A DNA stretch of 64,000 nucleotides from Octopus vulgaris (Eukaryota), in assembly GCA_951406725.2 (NCBI GenBank), contig OX597830.1, positions 682,001-746,000 of the forward strand. Direction: 5' to 3'. The position numbers and the translations under genes were made by a program. The notes beneath the pieces are model-generated. The model saw nothing but the letters and a program-made list of their open reading frames with translations. It ran no database searches and had not been told where the DNA came from. Positions 52,751-64,000 of this stretch are shown piece after piece. Numbering within the stretch: position 1 is the first letter of the stretch; each line of letters starts with the position of its first letter.

Positions 52751-54009
52751 TATATCAATGGCTGGCGAAAGACCTGTGATCGTTTTCATATATAAGGACA
52801 GACAGAGAGTAAAATACTAGAGATGAAAGGAAATGGTGTGGCGAAATTATACATGTGCACACGCATTCGTACGTACATACGTCTAATGAGACATGGTTAA
52901 TAATATATGTAGACAACCATATACATACATACATACATACGCACACACAGACACATAGATAAAGAGAGGGGGAGAGAGAGATAAAGGAGAGAGAAAATGG
53001 ATCAAGAAAAGATTTGAGAGGGAAAGAGAAATAGTACGAATGGGAAAGAGTACAAAAGAGTTAGAATTAGAGGAAATTAAAGTAAAAGGAGAAAGTGAGA
53101 GGAGACAGAATTTGGGGTGAGAGGCGAGATATGTGACAGAGAAAATTAAATAAACTGTGATGACCGTTGCGAGAGGGAAAGAGAGAGAGACAAAGAGAGC
53201 GTTAGTAAGAAAGCAGGCTACAAGTGAAATGTTCCTCTTCTCGTTAGTATAATTGATATGTGCAGTGAATATTGATGTATTTGATAACATTCCTACAGTA
53301 ATTAAAGGCTATTGAGAGATTAAAGGAAAAAAAAAAGGTCGGATTGGTTAAGAACCATTTCGGTATGATTTAAAATTTTCAATTTTATGCAATTTTATGC
53401 AGAATATGTCGAGGCATGATGGTTGCCGCTCATTGTTTTTGTTGTTATTGCTGATGTCATTAATCTGTACGTCAGCTCGGACTAAGTAAATATATCAAAG
53501 AACATCTTACCGTTGTGACCATACTGTCCTTTTCAGTGTTTAACACAGCATTATTGGATGCGTCCATTTTAGACGACATGTTGTACTCTGAGAGATTTCA
53601 CGTATTTCATATATATCTATCTATCGACTATTTAGCTTTTCTACGTATAGGACTTCTATATTTGTTATTGTTGCTGCAGTTGTTGTCTTGTCCTATTTAG
53701 TTTCTGTGGAAAATATCTTTGATCAAAATCAATCTAGCCATATCCATTTACTCTCACACTGATTTCAGAGTGTGCCGTTGCCAACATTTTAAGGCGGAGA
53801 TCAATATTTCTAACGGATCAGCTGTCAACGTCCATGCTACCTTATTAAGTGAAACTCATATTTCAATTAATGCCAACAAGATTGCTTAATTAATGTTGAT
53901 TGATGCGGATTTGGCAGTTTAAAATTCTTTATAATTTAACTGCAGTAAAAGTCTTGTGTATCAAGTTAGGAAGCATTAATATGTTTCTCCGTAAATATCT
54001 TTATCTATT

Positions 54010-54090
54010 TATACTTTATTTCTTTCAGTCATTGGATAGCGGCCATGCTGGGGCACCACCTTGAAGGATTTCAGTTGAATAGATCAACCC
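54010..54090 (-). mobile_element. SINE 3' tail fragment
   Basis: tttcagtcattggatagcggccatgctggggcaccaccttgaagg. Confidence 0.75.
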
Positions 54091-54525
54091 TCACCCTCAG
54101 TGAATTGGTGAAGTCAGATATAAAGAGGTTCTGAAATTTATAGAAAGGACTGATGCAAGAACACCACAACATCCCGTCAGCGAAAAGAAAAGGGCAATCA
54201 CAGCATTAAGATGTTGCTGTTGGCATTCATGGCTTTGGCGATATGAAGATGTATTAATGTCCGTGTCCTTTTCTATTCTCTGAAGTGGTTTTACCCATCA
54301 TCATATATTCATATATTATTGATATCGACTTAGTCTCTGACCTCTCTGAGTTTCACGTGCAAATGCACACGAAATGATAATTTGCTTGAAAATCTGTGTA
54401 CCCCCAGAACAAGTACCAGAGTGGACCAAAATAAAACGTAACGGTATTTGACACTATATTACCGTTAGTTAAAAACTACACACACAGAAACACACACAAG
54501 CACATACAAATATTAAGAGAGAGAA

Positions 54526-54560
<35 letters not shown>

Positions 54561-55578
54561 AAGACAGTGAGAGAGAGAGAGAGACAGAGAGAGATACATT
54601 CATACATACGCCGAGGGTGTTCCTATATTGTATGAATGTACACACGCATAAAGGCTTATATTCACATATATGTTCGACATATTTTGACAGTGAGTCTATG
54701 TGAATGAGCAGTAGCTTGTATATTATATATTAAATTATGCGTACTTTGATAGAAATAATCTGTTGAGGACAAATGGATGAATAAATATCAGTGCATGTGC
54801 GTACCGTGTACGCGCCTACATGTCTGTGCGCATGTCTTTATTTATAAATTAGAACTGATTCAGAATTATTCGTGGAACTTTAGGATCCAGAGCCTTCTGT
54901 TTTTTTGTTTTTTTTTACCGTAAGATTTTGTCATTGCCCATTATATCGATGTGGTATTGGTGTTGAGAAAACTTGATGCAACATTGCCCTTGACATAGTT
55001 CAGGAAACACATGTTACTTCTAGTTTTTGCTGGTGTTCTACTTGGACTTCATTTATGCTAGGAGATGACCTTCAAATGTTTTACTGGACCATGTCGACTA
55101 CTGAATATATCTAATACTATTGTTATCGATCTTTGTTGCTTGCTGGGAAACTACTGATGAAGTGTTATAGATCTTTGGTTTTGCTTTACTTCAGAAAGCA
55201 CTCCTTTATACTTATTCCATTAAAGACTGACTAAAAGGTTCTTAATATTCAATAATATTCTAACAGATCTTCTCTCTGATCACAACCGCCCTCTTTCGCC
55301 CTACATATACTTGTCCATTAGCGGAAGATTAAATACTTCGTTGAAGAAATCTTTCTCTTTCATTCTATGCAAAAGTCTTTGAAATACTTAGTGATCGAAT
55401 TTCTCATCAGTCTCTCGTTCTTTCTCTCTCTCCTCTGAATATGTATTTCCAAATACAAACCTACACACACCAACACGCCTAACGTTTCTACATTATAATA
55501 AATAAATATCGTTCTGTCAGATCTTTTGGTTAAATGCAAATATCTTTGGTATCATCACAACAAAATTCATTTTCTTCC

Positions 55579-55639
<61 letters not shown>

Positions 55640-55641
<2 letters not shown>

Positions 55642-56080
55642 CGTAAAGTATACTAGCCTTCTCAATATGGCTAACCACTAAGGGTGGGTGTTACTGTAGC
55701 TTTTATCCCCAGGAGATCATCGTCTCCAGCTGGCTTTAGGCACACTTTCTGTGCCCTTATGGTATTTGGAAAGGGAGGTCATCCCTCTCTCGTAAACCTA
55801 AGCGATACGCACGGACTGCAGTTTCGAGGTAATTTGCCTCTTAACGTACGGTAATCACCGGTTTACGATGAAAGGAAGACCTGTTTGCAAATACTTATGG
55901 GTTTTCTAGTAACTTCCGTCACTGATTTCGAAAAACTGTCTGCAAGCAATAATAAATCTCTAAACGAGATGTAAACAGTAACCGCTCGACAACGTAAAGT
56001 ATACTAGCCATCTCAATATGGCTAACCACTAAGGGTGGGTGTTACTGTAGCTTTTAGCCCCGGCTAGTATACTTTACGTT
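55640..56080 (-). mobile_element. PLE pseudo-LTR with partial tandem copy and 19-bp inverted end
   Basis: 55640-55710 repeated at 55991-56061; 56062-56080 is the reverse complement of 55991-56009; abuts (TA)n. Confidence 0.85.
55808..55850 (-). ncRNA. Hammerhead motif with damaged CUGANGA box
   Basis: cgtacg-ttaa-[gagg caaatta cctc]-GAAA-ctgcag-TC-cgtgcg; helices intact, first core box deleted or mutated. Confidence 0.6.
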
Positions 56081-56084
56081 GGCT

Positions 56085-56455
56085 ATCATACAATGAATTG
56101 GCCTTTCCTATTTTCTTCTTAGTCCTTTCAATGGTGTTCCATGACTTGCTCCTATACAGTGGGTAAATCCCATTCCTATCGTTATGTATGATAGTTTCAA
56201 ATTTCCTCATGGCTCCTTTGTATACTCTGATACTTTCTCTATCTCAAAAATTGCATGCGGTGAACGAAATGTTGTATGTGTCTCTTTAACTCTGTAGGCT
56301 CGCATATGCGGGACACATTTCGCATTACTCTGACGAGGTCTGACATCAATATATTGCATTTGGCATTGTCTGCGATAGCTGAGTTCCGGTCGATTAGGTA
56401 TTTGGAGGCCACTGGTTTGGCATAGTGTGAGTGAAGGATTCAGGTTTTATTATTT
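56085..56455 (-). pseudogene. PLE RT thumb-domain fragment
   Basis: ILHSHY.KPVASKYLIDRNSAI...KCNILMSDLVRVMRNVS...HFVHRMQF...DRNGIYPLYRSKSW...R.KKK. Confidence 0.75.
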
Positions 56456-56505
56456 TTTTATTGGTTAAACTAGCAACATGACCATCCCCAAATACAATAT
56501 ATATA

Positions 56506-57432
56506 TGGAACAATCTCGAGTATAACCAGCCAAAATTGCAAAGATAATCTGGAATTCGACTGAGGAAAGAAAACTTTGAATGACCCGTCCTTGTTTTCTT
56601 TGTATCGTCTATCTGGATGTTTTGTTGTCCCTTTTTTGTCTGGATGTTTTGCGTTGTTGTCCCATTTTGTATTTTTTATATATAAAATATATAGCGGCCT
56701 ACGTACACTTTGGTCTCTTATATGTAAGTATATATTTATCTAAATCTTGTACGACTCTATTCTTTCTATCATTCTTTCCTTCTTTCTATCAGCCCTTTCA
56801 CGCTTACTTCGTTCATTCCACTCTTCGTTATTTCGTTCCCTCTCTCTCACATTCCCTTGCCTTCTCTTCATGCTCACTTTCCCTCCTCTTTTCACTTCAC
56901 ACTTTTCTCGCCCCTCCTTATTTCTTCTGTCCCTCTGCCTCTACCTCTCTCTCTTCTCTCTCCCCGTGACCGGTGTTCGGGCAAGTCTGACCTTTCTTTC
57001 TTGGTTCGGCCGCCGTCCGTCCAACATCTGTATTCCTTCCCGTGCCTGTGAAATCCTGTATCTCTGCCGTAAGGCTTTACTTCCACACACGCCAATTCAA
57101 TTTAATTCGTCCTTAGTCGAAAGATACCGGTTGTTATGTCCTGTTATTTGTATAACATTCTCCGTTTTTCCGTCCTTGTTTTCGCTGCTTTCTTCCAAGG
57201 AATCTAATGCTCTTAGCTTAGTTTTTCCTTGGGGCTGGCCAGATTGGAGCAATCTCGAGTATAACCAGCCGAAATTACAAAGATAATCTGGAACTCGACT
57301 GAGGAAGGAAAACTCCGAATGACCCATCCTTGTTTCCTTTGTATCGTCTATCTGGATGTTTTCTTGACCCTTTTTTATATCATCTGTCTGGAGGTTTGCG
57401 TTCTTGTCCCATTTTTTTATTTTTTATATATA
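56506..57432 (+). mobile_element. Non-coding element with about 180-bp terminal direct repeats (pseudo-LTR-like)
   Basis: 56506-56685 is repeated at 57245-57432. Confidence 0.75.
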
Positions 57433-57446
57433 AAAAATAATATATT

Positions 57447-57447
<1 letters not shown>

Positions 57448-57520
<73 letters not shown>

Positions 57521-57540
57521 AAAAAGAAGAAGAAGAAGAA
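57448..57540. repeat. (AAT)n(GAA)n compound microsatellite
   Basis: Direct reading. Confidence 0.95.
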
Positions 57541-58799
57541 GGCGTCAATGCAGTCGAACAGCCTACAATGTATAACAACCAACTTTTCTTTGATAGACCC
57601 AGCAAACTTAAGATTATGACAGGGTTGTTTTGTCATGAACAAGACGTCCTTGAAAATTATCTACCTCCTCTCTTATGATATTGATGTGTTACATGAAATA
57701 ATTGTGGCGGGTAATTATTTGTCCGCTAACCAGGATTGTTCTAACTCTTAAGAATTTGAACCTTATAATACTTAAAACACTGCTCTATTTTCTAACAAAA
57801 CGCATTATTAGCTAAAATTCCTGATAATCTACATCATTTTCTTACAAACTGCCTCGTATTTTTTTAGACAAATATTGCATATCTTACATCTATATTTCCT
57901 GACACACTACCATATTTTCTGACGAGCTGTCGTATTTCTTAATATTATGCCCTACTTACTAGTAGACACCAATATTGTCGTGCAAGCTGTTTTCTTTCTT
58001 AACAACATCCTATAACTTCTAACAGTTTGCAAGATCTGTTAATAAAATGCAATATTTTTTAAGAGATTGCCAAACGTAGCTTTCAGACAAGCAAATATAT
58101 TCATATATATCCTGTAAGTTGTTTAATGAACGGCGATAATGCCCCACTTACAGAAACCACTAGTTTCTAATCTTACTTGTATTCCCTCAGCAGAACCATT
58201 CCTGCTTATGAACATTGCGGTAGTAAAAGTGTTAAGAATGCTATACTATTTCATATCAGTCAATTTATCATATAATTCTCAGCAATAATGTTTTCTAGCA
58301 GACTTCTAATGTAAAATTGATGTTATATAATTTTAAACATACAATATTGTTTATATGTTAAACAGTTTTAGGCAACAAAGATTTACGTCACGTCGATTAT
58401 ACATTGTAGAAAAGACATATTTTTATAGAACAAGACGGAAATCTGTTAGTTATTAATTTTCCTGCAGCTATATCATATCAAGTTGGGAAATATTTCTATA
58501 TATGTAATTATGTGTATAGGGAGGTAGATGAGATGTTCCCTGCAATTCACATCATTTTATTTCTTGTCTGTGCCAATTGTAGCCTTGTGTTTCCTTCACA
58601 TGTTCTCATATACTTTTACATTCTTTCATAGAAATTCTATGACAAAACAATTTTATTTCATTTGTCGTTTTCCCTAACTACATATAAGTCAACGCATCCA
58701 CCGTGGTGGGCGAACAAAGCTCTCTTCACTACTTTATTTAAAATTCCTTATGAGCTATATTCTGATGATGAGGGTGATGGCGATATATATTTTTGTATA

Positions 58800-58885
<86 letters not shown>

Positions 58886-59455
58886 TGTGTGTGTATGTAC
58901 CTGTGTGTATGTTCATTAAGATGAAGTAGTTGTAATGAAACATTTTGTGATATTACTCTGAGGATATTTATTGTGAAAGGCCAAAACAACGCAACATGGT
59001 AGAAAGTAAACTAGAAAAAGAAGGAAAAGGAAAAAGAAATAATGTTGCAGTTTCACTTTGCATTTCTATATTTCGGATCGCCTGCTGTGTAGGTTCAGTT
59101 GTGCTCTCATCGAAATAGGGCAGTTTCAGGAAGTACATTCCATATGTCGGGTTAAGGGCCTACTTATGTAGTTTGTTCACTTTGGTGTTTTGTAGATGCA
59201 GTCGTTTGGCTGAAGATGGTGGACAGTCGCTGTGTGTCATGTTCTTTGGGATCCTTTTCGTATTCGTTACTTTGTCAGCTGTATCGCTGCCTCTGTGGCT
59301 TATTTGCGTGATTTCATTTCGCATGTATATGGCTTCAGATCTGGTTGGTAGGGCAGACCAGTAATGTACGAACAGGCATACAATGTGCCGTCCTTAAACT
59401 ACCCTAAATTGATGATAGTTGAGTAGTTTAAGTTCCATCACTGAGGAAATGCAAG

Positions 59456-59492
<37 letters not shown>

Positions 59493-59863
59493 GCGCGCAC
59501 ACACACACATGTTTACAAAAGAGATGCTCACCTGGAGGTGGGGTAAATAACTTTAACTAAATACAAAATAGAACAGTGATCGTTAACTGAATTTGAAACT
59601 TCACCGTCGACTTTAATTATTAGAAAGGTTATATCAACCCCGAAACGAAATAAAAAGTCTCTATCACTAAATATAAAACAATAGAAATGAAAACTAACGC
59701 ATCGAGTAAAATCTACAAAAATTTCGTATTAACCATACTGCATTTATTTTTATATTCCTGTAAATCACTGGAACTTTCTCCACGGCACCTTTCATCTCTC
59801 TGAAGGCAATTCTTGTCTGCTACTTCACTTTGTCATGTAAATGCTATTTTTATAATAATAATA

Positions 59864-59896
<33 letters not shown>

Positions 59897-60454
59897 CACA
59901 TCAATATCATAAGAGAGGAGGTAGATAATTTTGTTGGAATTGTTAACAGCTATGATTAACTATTATTATATATTATTGAGTGTAAAAATATGACTTATTT
60001 TTCTCAGCACAAAATATAAATAATATTGGAAATAAATAGACGGCATAATAGGAACAATGAAAGAGGATGTCGAAAGAAAAATACTAATTCAATGAAAAAA
60101 CCAGACGGTGAGGTTTTTTATCACAAAGATTAAGAAGTAGTACTCCGATGTTTACGAATCTAATTGGTCTTTGCTAATGAACTCAGACTTGTATGGAATA
60201 CATGAAGAGAGACTTGTACATGGCGACAGCAACACGATATGTATCAATACTGATACACCGGTAAGAATTATTCGTGGAGAAGTTATTTTAAATCCAATCA
60301 AATAATTTCACGCGAAACAATTTGAATGTATGTTTACTGGGGTCGCAGTTACAGAACATGAAAATCATATTATAACATTTACTTTATGAGCGCAAACATT
60401 AGGGTGCTTCAGATTTATGTAAATTAAAAAAAAAAAAAAATTGAACATAAAAAC

Positions 60455-60501
<47 letters not shown>

Positions 60502-60629
60502 GTATTGGTATTCACATGTGGAATGTGCCTAAAGAGACCCTCCAGATATTAACTCATAACTCACCACAATTACTCCAACAAAACGAGGGATTCAGAACTT
60601 GTAAACACAAATTTTTCCGCACATTAAAA

Positions 60630-60960
60630 TTTTTCCCAACTGTCAACTTATCCTTCGTATTTAACGCTTACTTGCATATTTCCATGGTCGTTATAATATA
60701 CTTAGGTCTATCCCCTCATTATCTTCATCAACATTAGTACCTTAGAAGATAACTGTTAATTCTTTACTTTAATCTGCGTGTTTTAACTTAATCAACTGAA
60801 CTTTAAAACTCAACCTCTTAGATCTCCAAATCTTCAATTGTAACTTTTATTCCTAAAGAATTAAATATTTAACTGATTTCTTCATTCACCCTTTAATATA
60901 TTCATACCCTCATAGGTAGGAATATATCTATCCTTACTGATCAGGACCAACTGGAATTTC
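60630..60960 (-). pseudogene. Possible highly decayed PLE RT remnant
   Basis: SLGIKVTIEDLEI*EVEF resembles GLKITIExNLxxVxFLD. Confidence 0.25.
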
Positions 60961-61570
60961 ATCGATTCAACAGACACAAATATTTACTGCTTGACCTCTT
61001 GCTGGTCACTTATCTATTATTCTCTTTATTTCTTTTCCCTTTCTCCTTGATCCTTTTTATTTTATATTTTTTATCCTCCATTATCTTCCTCCTCTCTTCT
61101 TTTATCTGTACCCTTATTCTTACAATTCATTCTTATTTTTATTTCTATTTTTCTATTTTTATTTTTATATTGTATTTTTTTACTTTTTACTCTATATTTT
61201 TATATTTCTTCATTTTTGTTCTTCTAACGAATCCTTGCTAATACTCTTTCACTTACCTTCCTCCTCTCTTTATCTCTCTCTCTCTCTCTCTCTCCTCATT
61301 AACCTCTCTTTTCCTTTCTTTATCCTTCTCCCTCCACTTTGTTCAATAGCCACTTTTATGATCTCACAAACAAGTCATCACAATATGAATACACCATTCG
61401 CAATTCCGCCAAAATATTGCCTCAATACTGATGCTGTGAACCTAATATGGATCCATAGCTCTCGTCTCAATCACGAGTTTGGAACCCTGATAATCCGTTA
61501 TAGCACTTAGCGTACCTCTTCGTTTAGATCGCCAGTGAACTAAACTCCCATATTATATATATATACACGT

Positions 61571-61608
<38 letters not shown>

Positions 61609-62147
61609 GCACACACAAACATACAAAACGCGCGCACGCAGGCACACATACACACACATACTTTAGTTTTCTCGTTCAATTTTCCTATATTTTTCTCTCC
61701 CAGAGTAACGAATGTTTGCACAGATATACTATGCTCGAGTTACTTCCCTTACTCTGTACTTATATTCCTACTGCCGGTTTCAAAGGGAACGTTTTAAACT
61801 TTAATCACGTTTGTCCAGAGAAAAAAGATAGTATCTGAATGTTCCTGGAACTACACCAATCAGATGTCACAAGTAATATTTTCATCGTCCATTCAAAGCA
61901 TAGATAACTGTTCACTGTTAATATTCCCAACAATATATCCATTTCGCTATTCACTTGAAAAACCCGACACAATAAAACACAATGTTATCAACACAAATAG
62001 AATTTACTCCTCTACAAATTAGTATTGAGTCATTTTATTTACTTTGTGGTCTTTTTCATGTAAATAGGTAGGTGTGTGTGTATGCGCACGCCCACATACA
62101 AACATGCATAATATATAGATATGTGTGTGTGTGTGTGTGTGTGTGTG

Positions 62148-62187
<40 letters not shown>

Positions 62188-62659
62188 CACATATACATAT
62201 GAACACTGACGCTACACAATATAATAGCATCCATTACTTGCAGTTCTAATTAACTCGCCACACAAACATAACCTGGAGATAAATTGTCAATTGTCTAATG
62301 TGTGTATGTTTGGTTTATTTTCATGTTTCCATTGATGAGTGTTGTATTTGTTGGTATAGAGTTGTGCATGTGTGTGATACTTCGATATTATCTGAGGCAA
62401 TGATTCAAAATCATTGCTAACTGCAGTCACTGTATATTAGATCCATAAAATATATTGCCTCGGTATGTAATAATGACGGTGATTATTATAACTGCTTTAC
62501 CTTTACTTTAATTTATACAATTTGCTCTAAAATTGCTGCTGTTGTTGTTGTTGCTGTTATCATCATCATCGTCAACATTAACAAAAATAATGATAACAAT
62601 CACAATAAAGATGAAAATGACAATAAATCCTTAACGATATTATTGATAACCTCCTGCCT

Positions 62660-62820
62660 TTTGTGATAGGTGAGTGGATTACATTGATCCCAGTACACAA
62701 ATGGTACTTAATTTATCGACCTCGAAGTGATGGGAGGCAAAGTCGACCACAGCGGAATTTGAACTCAGAACGAAGCGGCAGACGAAATACCCGGCGTGGT
62801 AACGATTCTGCCAGCACACT
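62660..62820 (-). mobile_element. Meta-domain SINE
   Basis: Reverse-complement match to 17091-17260. Confidence 0.85.
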
Positions 62821-62844
62821 GTCTTATGCCGACAACAATGTATA

Positions 62845-63101
62845 CGATAAGGAAGAAAGAAAAGTCGATAAATATGACAGATTAAGCAGTTGTGGTCGAT
62901 GAAAAATGTGGTAGTAGTACCAATAATTGTCGGAGCCCTGGGAGCAGTGAATAAAAATCTTGAGAAGTACATGGAACAAACAGGAGCTGCAATAAGGGTG
63001 GAGCACTTGCAGAAAACAGCACTTCTTGGAACCGCTCGAATACTCAGGAAGGTGCTTGTAAAATATGGTAGTGAACAGCTGACACCGTATTACACAATGG
63101 C

Positions 63102-63169
<68 letters not shown>

Positions 63170-63186
63170 TGATGATAATAATAATA
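62845..63186 (+). mobile_element. R4/Dong-like RLE LINE 3' end with (AAT)n tail
   Basis: KVDKYDRL..LWSMKNVVVVPIIVGALG..LQKTALLGTARILRKVL; (AAT)n 63102-63186. Confidence 0.88.
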
Positions 63187-63390
63187 AGCCTTCCTAACAG
63201 AAATCACCAAAAGCACATAATGAAAAGAAATACAAGTATCTGCATAATATGTGGTGATGGAGAAGAAATAATAAATCATATTGTGGCTGAGAAGGAATAT
63301 ATTCAGAGACATCACATAGTTGGGACCTATATAGACTGGAAGCTATGGCAATACTATAGAATATCAATAGAAAAAGAAAGACTGCGATGA
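63187..63390 (+). pseudogene. Second RLE LINE fragment (CCHC/RH region)
   Basis: CIICGDGEEIINHIV..EYIQRH..VGTYI.WKL..YY. Confidence 0.75.
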
Positions 63391-64000
63391 AGGTGTAATA
63401 GTGGTAATGCACAACAGAAGTAGCGGTTGGAATTGGTAATTGGACCGCAGCGAAGAAGATGATGATTTGAAGAATATTTAGTTGCTGTTGCTAGTCCCGC
63501 GTTAAGTGTCACCGTCCTTTTCTGGTGAGGATGACGTTGTTCTGATGATTATGATAAAGTTGCATTCCTGCATAAATGATTGTGAGAGAAAGAAAGTGAG
63601 AGGAAAAGAGTGAGAGAAAGAGAGAAAGAAAGTGAGATAAAGAGGGTGAGAAAGAGAGAGAGAGCGAGAGCTGCAAGAGTAATTTGTATGTAATCGCCAT
63701 CATGTGATGGATGCCATGTAAACATGTATGGAAATATCGAGGATTGACCACACCTCAACCCAGAAGATTTATCACTTAGTGTTGAGAGGCGCAGCAGTTT
63801 CCTAAACATAGATTGCTATTTATATGTGTATAGAAAGATTACAACACGAACAGGAGGAAAGAACTGTATGTCTGCAGAGAGACACTCATGGAGACTAATT
63901 TAGAAAGACGGGGGAGAATGTTGCACCTATTGCTATATTTTTCTCTATTGTTATGTATATTTCGTTCTCTCTTTCTATCTCTCTCACTCTCTCTCCCCTC

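Noticed and set aside
55152-55205. CTGATGA...GAAA
   Set aside because: The pairing overlaps the core and there is no helix I or III.
62890-63390. 166-aa ORF with poly-Ile
   Set aside because: Chance read-through of two LINE fragments across (AAT)n.

Overview
AT-rich, microsatellite-saturated eukaryotic DNA. The repeat repertoire (Meta- and CORE-type tRNA SINEs, R4/Dong-like, RTE, CR1/L2 and Tx1 LINE remnants, Tc1/mariner fossils, Penelope-like elements, PLEs) looks like an octopus or other coleoid genome; this is inference from recalled repeat families. I found no supportable host protein-coding gene, and almost all listed ORFs are translations of simple repeats. The main signal is a dense set of structured-RNA modules. 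About ten minimal type I hammerhead ribozyme motifs from unrelated PLE-type families are present, nearly all with a palindromic helix III. Several lie inside fold-back palindromes embedded in (TA)n. One forms the 3' part of a tRNA-headed SINE (46130-46405). Two divergent elements share a covarying two-hairpin module at the same offset from their hammerhead. A hammerhead-less, (TA)n-inserted family carries a different conserved hairpin motif. There is also a possible HDV-like ribozyme remnant on a non-autonomous RTE derivative. All motifs were read by eye; no search or folding program was run.
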